From: Pseudomonadota bacterium
GTDB taxonomy: Bacteria > Pseudomonadota > Alphaproteobacteria > Rhizobiales > Hyphomicrobiaceae
Length of the DNA stretch: 64,000 bases
Assembly (NCBI GenBank): GCA_023405815.1
Contig: JAEXXM010000056.1
Span: forward strand, 1,126 to 65,125
Direction of reading: 5' to 3'
How positions within the stretch are numbered: position 1 is the first letter of the stretch; each line of letters begins with the position of its first letter. This document shows positions 57,424 to 64,000 of the stretch, piece after piece. The notes under the pieces were generated by a model. The model was not told the origin of the DNA. It saw only the letters and a program-made list of their open reading frames with translations, and did no database searches. The position numbers and the translations under genes are program-made.

Positions 57424-58614
57424 TCAGGGCTTGGCCGCCGCGGCCTTTACCGTCGGCGCGACGACCTCGACCTCGTCATTGGGGCGAAGCAGGGCGTTGG
57501 GACTGACGATGACGCGGTCCTCGACCGTCAGTCCAGTTGCGATGACGACGCGCTCGCCCAGGTCGCGCTCGACGCCGATCGGGCGTAGTTGAAAGCGATT
57601 TTGGGGATCGACGACGCCGACCATCTGGCGGCCGCTGCGCGTGATGAGCGTGTTGGTCGGCACGGTGACAAGCGATCGATCCTGCGCAACCTCGATGGTG
57701 ACCTGTCCGTTCATGCCCGCGGGGATGCGACCGGCTGGATTCGGCATCAGCAACTCGGCGCGCATGGTGCTCGAGGTCTGATCGATGAGGCCGGATACGC
57801 GGACGATCTTGGCCGACAGCGGTGCGGGAAGCTCGGCGAAGGCGACTTTGGCCGGCGCGCCGGGCTTGACGGTCAGGGCCGAGGACTGGGGCACGTCGAT
57901 CAGTACCCGCAGCTCATCGAGGCGCGCGATGCGCAACAGGTAGCCGCCGGCCTGGCTTGCGTCGCCGGAGACCTTGTCGCCGCGCTCAATGTGGCGGGCG
58001 ATGATCGTGCCGTCGAAGGGTGCGCGCACGGTCTGGAAGCTCTGCACCTCCTCGAGGCGCTTCACCTCGGCGAGGGCGGCGGCCAGGTCGGCCTCTGCCG
58101 TCTTCTTAGTGGCGCGCCGCTCGTCGACGGTCTGTACAGAGACATGGCCTTTGTCGACGAGGCTTTCGCCGCGCTGGAGCGTCGCATCGGCGAGAAGAAG
58201 GCGAGCGCGCACCTGGTCGGCGGCGGCACGCGCACGCCGCAGCTCCTGCTCCACCTCGGGGGCTTCGATGACGATGAGGATGTCACCGGCCTTGACCTGA
58301 TCGCCGATGTCGACGCGGCGCTCCGAAACGATGCCGCTGGCGCGCGATGAGAGAAGAGCCTCCTCGGCGGGCGCTGTTCGCCCGGCGAGGGAGAGTGAGG
58401 CCGTGCCTGCGACGGCTTCGGGCATGACGACGCGCACGGTCCGGGGTGCAGGCTTGGCGTCCTTCTTCACGGGCAGGGGCATGGGGCTGTCACCCATGCC
58501 GGCAAGCTGAAGCATTTTCCCGAGCGTTGCTGCCCCATCTGCTTGCGTCGCACAGAACGCAGCGCCCGCGCATGCAGCCGCAATCGTCGCGATAGCGATG
58601 AGCTTGCGGGTCAT
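57424..58614 (-). CDS. RND efflux periplasmic adaptor
   Basis: VDIGDQVKAGD, VRAPFDGTI, VPTNTL. Confidence 0.93.
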   Translation of the reverse strand: MTRKLIAIATIAAACAGAAFCATQADGAATLGKMLQLAGMGDSPMPLPVKKDAKPAPRTVRVVMPEAVAGTASLSLAGRTAPAEEALLSSRASGIVSERRVDIGDQVKAGDILIVIEAPEVEQELRRARAAADQVRARLLLADATLQRGESLVDKGHVSVQTVDERRATKKTAEADLAAALAEVKRLEEVQSFQTVRAPFDGTIIARHIERGDKVSGDASQAGGYLLRIARLDELRVLIDVPQSSALTVKPGAPAKVAFAELPAPLSAKIVRVSGLIDQTSSTMRAELLMPNPAGRIPAGMNGQVTIEVAQDRSLVTVPTNTLITRSGRQMVGVVDPQNRFQLRPIGVERDLGERVVIATGLTVEDRVIVSPNALLRPNDEVEVVAPTVKAAAAKP

Positions 58615-58630
58615 TGAGAGAGCTCCTTGG

Positions 58631-61600
58631 TCATTCTGCCGGCACCGGTGCTTGATTGGCTTGGTTCGGCTCGTGCTGCTCGCGCTTGCGGCTGCCGAGA
58701 CCGGCGAAGACCGAGAAGAGGAAGGGCACGAAGGTGAGAGTCGCGCAGGTTCCGAAAATGAGTCCGCCGACTACGGCACGCCCGAGCGGCGCGTTCTGCT
58801 CGCCGCCTTCGCCGTGGCCGAGCGCCATGGGCAGGATGCCGATGATCATCGCCGTCGCCGTCATGAGGACGGGACGCAGCCGCGTGCGCGCGGCGTCGAT
58901 GGCAGCTTGACGGGGCGTTTCGCCGTGGAGCAGGCGGTCGCGTGCAAAGCTCGTCACGAGGACGCTGTTCGCGGTGGAGACGCCGATGACCATGATGAGG
59001 CCGGTGAGAGCCGGCACCGAGAGCGGCGTTGCAGTGATGAAGAGCGCGAACAGTGCGCCGGAGATGGCCACGGGAAGTCCGCCCATGGCGATGCCCGGCA
59101 TGATCCACGACTGGAAGTTCACGACCATGACGAGGTAGACGAAGACTGAAGCGAGGGCGAGGCCGCCGAGCATCTCGCCGTAGGCCTGATCCATCGACTG
59201 CGCCTGGCCGGCGATCTCGATGCGGTTGCCGGGCTTCAAGCGCGAGCGCGCCTCGTTCACGAGCTTGAGGATGTCGCCGTAGATGCCGCCAATGTCGCGA
59301 CCTTCGACATTGGCGAGGAGGGTCGTCGTCGGCTGCAGCGTGGTGCGATCGATGTTGGCCGGTATCTTGCGGATCTGGAGCGAGGCGAATGCGCGGAGAG
59401 GGATCGTGTCGCCTCCAGCTGACGGGCGCACCGGAGTGTTCAAGAGCTGTTCGAGAGAGGTGAGGTTCACGGGCGGCGCCACGACCTGCACGGTATAGGA
59501 TGCACCCTGGGCAGGATCGGCCCAATAGCTCGGTGAGACGGTGCCCGACGCGCCGAGGGCGGCGAGCAATGCGGTCGCTGCATCCTGCGGTGTGACGCCG
59601 ATCTGGAGGGCGCGGACGCGGTCGATCTCGAGATAGTAGGACGTGAGGTCCCGCACCTGACGCATGGCGATGTCGACGGCGCCCGAGACCTCGCGCATGC
59701 GCGCCATGAGGTCGCGCGCGATCTCGGCGTTGCCGGCCATGTCGCGGCCGACGAGGCGGACCTCGATTGCCGTCTGCGAGTTGCCGGCGAGGGTCTGGGA
59801 TGTCGCGTCGGCGGGGCGGAAATAGAAGACGAGCTCTGGGAACCTCTGCTGCAGCAGGCGGCGGATTTCGCCGACGTACACGGGCGTGGGCGCATGACTG
59901 GCAGCGAGCTGAATGAGGATTTCGCCGTCGAACGAGCCGATCACACCGCTGTCGACCCAGGCGAGATTGATTGGCTCGGGGCTGCCGATGTTCTCGGCGA
60001 CGAAGCCGATCTCCTCAGGGGGAATCACCTCGCGAATCGCCCGCTGAACGTCGGCGAATATCTCCGCCGTGCCTTCTATTCTTGTCCCTGTGGGCGCGCG
60101 AACATAGATGCGCATCATGCCCGCGTCGGTTTCGGGGAAGAACTGGCGGCCGAGATGGACGGCCGAGAAGGCGCCGAGCGTGAGGGCGAAGGTCAACCCC
60201 AGGATCGGCAGGATCTTCCAGCGCAGCAGCACGGTCGCGATGCCTTCGACGATGCGCTCGAGCAGCGAGAGGAGACGATCGATGATGCTGCCGCCGGAGT
60301 GGTGGGCACCCGGCGACAGCATCATCGACGCGAGCGTCGGCACCAGCGTTCGCGACAAGACGTAGGACGCAGCCATGGCGAAGACGACCGCCAAGGCGAG
60401 CGGGATGAAGACGAAGGCGGCCGTTCCGGTGAGCAGGAACAGCGGCGAGAAGACGATGCAGATGGAGACGGTGGAGACGAACTCGGGGAACGCGACCTCG
60501 CTGGCGCTCTTGAGGATAGCTTCCTGCAACCCTAATCCGGCTTCGAGATTGCGGTTGATGTTCTCGATCTCGACCAGGGCATTGTCGACGAGGATGCCGA
60601 TGGCGAGCATCAGGCCCCCGAGCGTCATCAGGTTGAAGGTGTTGCCGGTGAGCGCGAGGCCGGTGATGGAGGCGAGGAGTGCCAAGGGAATTGACGTCAG
60701 GACGATGAGCGAGGAGCGCCAGCTTCCGAGGAACACGAGAACGACGAAGGCGACGAGAAGTCCGACGACGACGCCTTCCGTCATCACGTTGTCGATCGCC
60801 TGCTCGACGAAGATGGACTGATCGAACACCGGTGCGATGGTAATGCCGGGCGGAGCGGACGCCTGCAGCTCGGGCAGGCGCGCCTTGATTGCGCGCACGA
60901 TGTCGAGCGTCGAGGCATTGCCGAGCTTCAGGATCTGCACGATCACCGCGTTCTGGCCATCGAGGCGGGCGATATTCGTCTGCACGGCCTGGCCGTCGCG
61001 AACGCTGGCGACGTCGGAGACGCGAACGACGCGGCCATCGACGGAGCGCAGAGGCAGGTCGGCGAAGCTGGCGACCGTCTCCGGGCTGGCGTTGGTGGTG
61101 ATGGTGATCTCGCGCGCATCGACGCGCAGTGCTCCGGAGGGGAGCGTCAGGTTCTGGGTGGCGGTGGCGCGAGCGATGTCGCTTGCCGCGATGCCGTATG
61201 CCTGCAGCGCCTCGGGCTTCAGATCGATCATCACCTGACGCGAGGCCCCCCCATAGGGCAGCGTCAGGCGGATGCCGGGGATGGACTGGATCTGCGCGCG
61301 CAGAGCAAGCCGGGCGTAATCATAAAGAGCGCCATCCGTCAGGGTGTCGGAGGCCAGCACGAGCTGGATGATCGGCACGCTTGAGGGGACATAGGGCACG
61401 ATCAGCGGTGGGTTGGTGCCCGTCGGCATGCGGCGCAGGATGGTTTGACTTACGGATGTCACCTGGGCGAACGCGTCGGTGACGTTCGTCCCCGGCTGGA
61501 ACGCGATGCGCACGACGCCGACGCCGTTGATGGTCTCGGAGCGGACCTCGCGCAGGTTGTCGACGTTGTTCATGATGGCGAGCTCGCTGAACGAGGTCAG

Positions 61601-61786
61601 CTTGCTCGCCATCTCCTGGGGGTTGAGGCCCTGGTAGGTCCAGATGAGGTTGATCGCCGGAATGTTGACCGCGGGGAGGATGTCGGTCGACATCCTGCGC
61701 GCGCTGAGGCCCCCGAGCAGCAGCAGAAGAATGGCGAGCACGCCGATGCTGTGGCGGTGGCTCAGCGCATATCGGACGATCCACAT
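58631..61786 (-). CDS. RND efflux permease (AcrB superfamily)
   Basis: 1051 aa; GILVDNALVEIENI, RLRPVLMT, PLGRAVVGGL. Confidence 0.95.
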   Translation of the reverse strand: MWIVRYALSHRHSIGVLAILLLLLGGLSARRMSTDILPAVNIPAINLIWTYQGLNPQEMASKLTSFSELAIMNNVDNLREVRSETINGVGVVRIAFQPGTNVTDAFAQVTSVSQTILRRMPTGTNPPLIVPYVPSSVPIIQLVLASDTLTDGALYDYARLALRAQIQSIPGIRLTLPYGGASRQVMIDLKPEALQAYGIAASDIARATATQNLTLPSGALRVDAREITITTNASPETVASFADLPLRSVDGRVVRVSDVASVRDGQAVQTNIARLDGQNAVIVQILKLGNASTLDIVRAIKARLPELQASAPPGITIAPVFDQSIFVEQAIDNVMTEGVVVGLLVAFVVLVFLGSWRSSLIVLTSIPLALLASITGLALTGNTFNLMTLGGLMLAIGILVDNALVEIENINRNLEAGLGLQEAILKSASEVAFPEFVSTVSICIVFSPLFLLTGTAAFVFIPLALAVVFAMAASYVLSRTLVPTLASMMLSPGAHHSGGSIIDRLLSLLERIVEGIATVLLRWKILPILGLTFALTLGAFSAVHLGRQFFPETDAGMMRIYVRAPTGTRIEGTAEIFADVQRAIREVIPPEEIGFVAENIGSPEPINLAWVDSGVIGSFDGEILIQLAASHAPTPVYVGEIRRLLQQRFPELVFYFRPADATSQTLAGNSQTAIEVRLVGRDMAGNAEIARDLMARMREVSGAVDIAMRQVRDLTSYYLEIDRVRALQIGVTPQDAATALLAALGASGTVSPSYWADPAQGASYTVQVVAPPVNLTSLEQLLNTPVRPSAGGDTIPLRAFASLQIRKIPANIDRTTLQPTTTLLANVEGRDIGGIYGDILKLVNEARSRLKPGNRIEIAGQAQSMDQAYGEMLGGLALASVFVYLVMVVNFQSWIMPGIAMGGLPVAISGALFALFITATPLSVPALTGLIMVIGVSTANSVLVTSFARDRLLHGETPRQAAIDAARTRLRPVLMTATAMIIGILPMALGHGEGGEQNAPLGRAVVGGLIFGTCATLTFVPFLFSVFAGLGSRKREQHEPNQANQAPVPAE

Positions 61787-61812
61787 ACTGTCGCGTGCCC
61801 CCGAGCACTTGG

Positions 61813-63261
61813 CTAGAACGCCGATTCTGCGGTTGCGGAACGTGCATCCAGGTTCGGCTCGTGCGACGCGGCGCGGTCATCGTCGCGATCGACGGCCACG
61901 CGCTCGGAGGTGATGACGATCTGGGCGCGCAGTCCGGGCTCGGGCGAGCGGTTCGCGAGATGGAGCGAGAAGCCGTCCTTCTCCAGGGCCGTCTGTGCGA
62001 TAGCGAGGCCGAGGCCGCTGCCGATGGCGCTCTTGTTGCGGCCGCGGAAGAAGCGCTGGGTCACCATCGGCATCTCGTCCTCGGGGATGCCGGGGCCGGA
62101 ATCTTCCAGCGTCAGCAGCACGCCACGCGATCCGGGTGCGAGCGACCAGCGCAGCGGGGCGTTGGCTGGTGTGTGCTGCAGGGCGTTCTCGGTGAGATTG
62201 CGCAAAGCCATGTGGAAAGCATCGGGGCTGACGCGTGCGCGGCAACGGAACAGCGCGTCGTCGACCACCGGCGCTACCTCGCGGTCGTAGGCGCGCAGCT
62301 CGTTGCAGATGGCGCGTAGCTTGGCACCGACGTTCACCCATTCCTGCGGCGCGCGCAGCTCGGCGGCGTCCACATGGGCCATGGCGAGGAGCTGCGTCGC
62401 CATGCGGTTGGTGCGATCGGCAGCGGTGAGGGCGCTGCGCAGAGCGTTGTAGCGCGTGCCGGGATCGGTCGCGGCGAGAGCGACCTGCACTTGGGTGCGC
62501 AGTCCGGCAAGGGGCGTGCGCAACTCATGTGCGGCAAAGGCGGTGACACTGCGCTCGTGCTCGCGCGCGGCGACGACCTTCTCGAAAAGATCATTCAAGG
62601 CGTCGACGACGGGGCGGATCTCGCTCGGGCTGCGGCCGATCTCGAGCGGGCCGAGCGCGTCAGGCGAGCGGCCGGCGAGTGCGGCCGTCAGCCGGCGCAG
62701 CGGCTCGAGGCCTTCGCGCAAAGCGAACCAGATCAGTACGCTCAAGACGCCGAAGACGATGAGGCCCGGGATCGTCAGGCCCCACATCAACTCGCGCACG
62801 AGGCGCTCGCGGTGCGCGATGTTGTCTCCGACCAGCACACGAATGCCACGCTCGGAGTCCGCCCGGGCGTAAACCCGCCACTTGGTGCCGTTGATCTCCT
62901 GATTGGAGAAGCCGCTGCTCGCATTGGTGAGCTGGACCGAAGGCGCCTCGCTGGATTTTCCGACCAGACGTCCGTCGATCGACCATACCTGACAGGCGAG
63001 CTTGAAATCGGTGGCGAGAGAAACCGGGGCCGTCGAGCGGCTCGGCACACGGACGCCGGAGACGCCGCTTGTGATATTGAGGTCAGCGCTGTTCATCAGC
63101 GAGTTGACCATGCGCGTCGCCTCCTCGAGGCGCGAATCGAGAACGCGCTCGAGCTCCTTGCGGCTGCCGGAGTAGATCCACGCCATGCCGCAGACCCAGA
63201 CGATGCCCGTTGCCAGCAAGAGCAACCCGAAGAGGCGCGCGGTCATGGAATTCATATGCAT
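61813..63261 (-). CDS. QseC/PmrB-like sensor histidine kinase
   Basis: AAHELRTPL, NLTENALQH, DSGPG, GSGLGL. Confidence 0.92.
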   Translation of the reverse strand: MHMNSMTARLFGLLLLATGIVWVCGMAWIYSGSRKELERVLDSRLEEATRMVNSLMNSADLNITSGVSGVRVPSRSTAPVSLATDFKLACQVWSIDGRLVGKSSEAPSVQLTNASSGFSNQEINGTKWRVYARADSERGIRVLVGDNIAHRERLVRELMWGLTIPGLIVFGVLSVLIWFALREGLEPLRRLTAALAGRSPDALGPLEIGRSPSEIRPVVDALNDLFEKVVAAREHERSVTAFAAHELRTPLAGLRTQVQVALAATDPGTRYNALRSALTAADRTNRMATQLLAMAHVDAAELRAPQEWVNVGAKLRAICNELRAYDREVAPVVDDALFRCRARVSPDAFHMALRNLTENALQHTPANAPLRWSLAPGSRGVLLTLEDSGPGIPEDEMPMVTQRFFRGRNKSAIGSGLGLAIAQTALEKDGFSLHLANRSPEPGLRAQIVITSERVAVDRDDDRAASHEPNLDARSATAESAF

Positions 63262-63300
63262 CTCACATCAGGCCCCGGCAGAACGGCACACCCTTTCCAG

Positions 63301-63317
63301 CTTAAGTGGAGCTTAAG
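63301..63317. promoter_or_regulatory. PmrA/QseB-type direct repeat box
   Basis: CTTAAG-N5-CTTAAG about 40 nt upstream of the kinase start. Confidence 0.65.
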
Positions 63318-63345
63318 GGGCGATTGTGCCGCCATTTCAATGACC

Positions 63346-64000
63346 TCATACCGGTGCGTTGGTGGGTCGCGCCGGCGCCCGGCTCAGGAGCGGGTCGGGA
63401 AGCACGACCGTCTTGGTGCCGATCGGCACGCGCTGGAACAGGTCGATGACGTCGTGGTCGAGGAGGCGGATGCAGCCGCTGGACGTGGCTTTGCCGAGGG
63501 AGGCGGGCCGGCCACCGCCGTGAATGCGGTAAAGTGTGTCGCGGCCGCCCTGGTAGAGATATAGCGCGCGTGCACCGAGAGGGTTCTCAGGCCCGCCCGG
63601 CATGCCGTTGGCGAAGGGCGCGGTCCGCGGATCGCGCGCCACCATCTCCGCCGGCGGGGTCCACTTTGGCCATTCGGCCTTGCGCGCAATCATCGCCGAG
63701 CCGCTCCATCCGAAGCCTTCGCGGCCGACCTCGATTCCATAGCGAATGGCGCGCCCGTTGCCGGTGACGAGATAGAGATAGCGGTTGGGCGTATCGACGA
63801 TGATCGTACCAGCGGCCTCGGCCGTCTCGAACTTCACCTCCTGTCGCCGGTATTGCGGGTCGAGGCGCCCGAGGTCGACGGCTCCAAGAGGGAAGCGCTC
63901 GGCTTTGAGTGCCGCATAGTTGCGCCGATCCGATTCCGTGGCCTCATAGGGAAGCCCGAGCCACGCGAGATCGGTCGAGGCGCATCCCGACAGAGCAAAT
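63346..64000 (-). CDS. L,D-transpeptidase lipoprotein (5' end outside window)
   Basis: NPLGARALY, YRIHG..SSGCIRL; frame stays open to the window edge and includes lipobox LSGC. Confidence 0.92.
   Translation of the reverse strand, partial: FALSGCASTDLAWLGLPYEATESDRRNYAALKAERFPLGAVDLGRLDPQYRRQEVKFETAEAAGTIIVDTPNRYLYLVTGNGRAIRYGIEVGREGFGWSGSAMIARKAEWPKWTPPAEMVARDPRTAPFANGMPGGPENPLGARALYLYQGGRDTLYRIHGGGRPASLGKATSSGCIRLLDHDVIDLFQRVPIGTKTVVLPDPLLSRAPARPTNAPV

Noticed and set aside
1..64000. tRNA, rRNA, transposase or integrase genes
   Set aside because: None recognised by eye; tRNAscan-SE and Infernal were not run.

Overview
High-GC alphaproteobacterial chromosome segment. Gene content and synteny suggest Hyphomicrobiales (inference). 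1-15.9 kb is an RcGTA-like gene transfer agent head-tail cluster: protease, capsid, connectors, tail tube, chaperones, short tape measure, Dit, hub, NlpC/P60, megatron and a multi-domain lysin. No integrase or replication genes are visible, and the terminase and full portal genes should lie left of the window. The most notable element sits between the portal locus and the prohead protease: an array of what look like polymorphic toxin cassettes tied to the portal C-terminus. It has repeated linker motifs (SSFGG..APFVKYSPD / QPRVxAGxSDGGQWTDGGG..RxAQ), an RNase A-like toxin with a CdiI-like immunity gene, an orphan membrane protein and a 5'-truncated duplicate of the portal 3' end. 16-38 kb is core genome: feuPQ-like TCS, cycHJKL, degP, a second TCS, glnE, an ECF sigma operon, a degenerate kinase and pepN. 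38-44 kb is a general-stress (EcfG-promoter) cluster, and 44-50 kb holds pirin, SDR, AhpD-like and DNA-repair genes. 50-57 kb is an FNR-box-controlled island (pqqC-pqqE without pqqA/B/D, FnrN-like regulator, UbiM-like hydroxylase, P450, CDGSH protein, LpxQ-like barrel). 57-64 kb is RND efflux, a QseC-like kinase and an L,D-transpeptidase. All family calls come from motif recognition by eye; no HMM or BLAST search was run.
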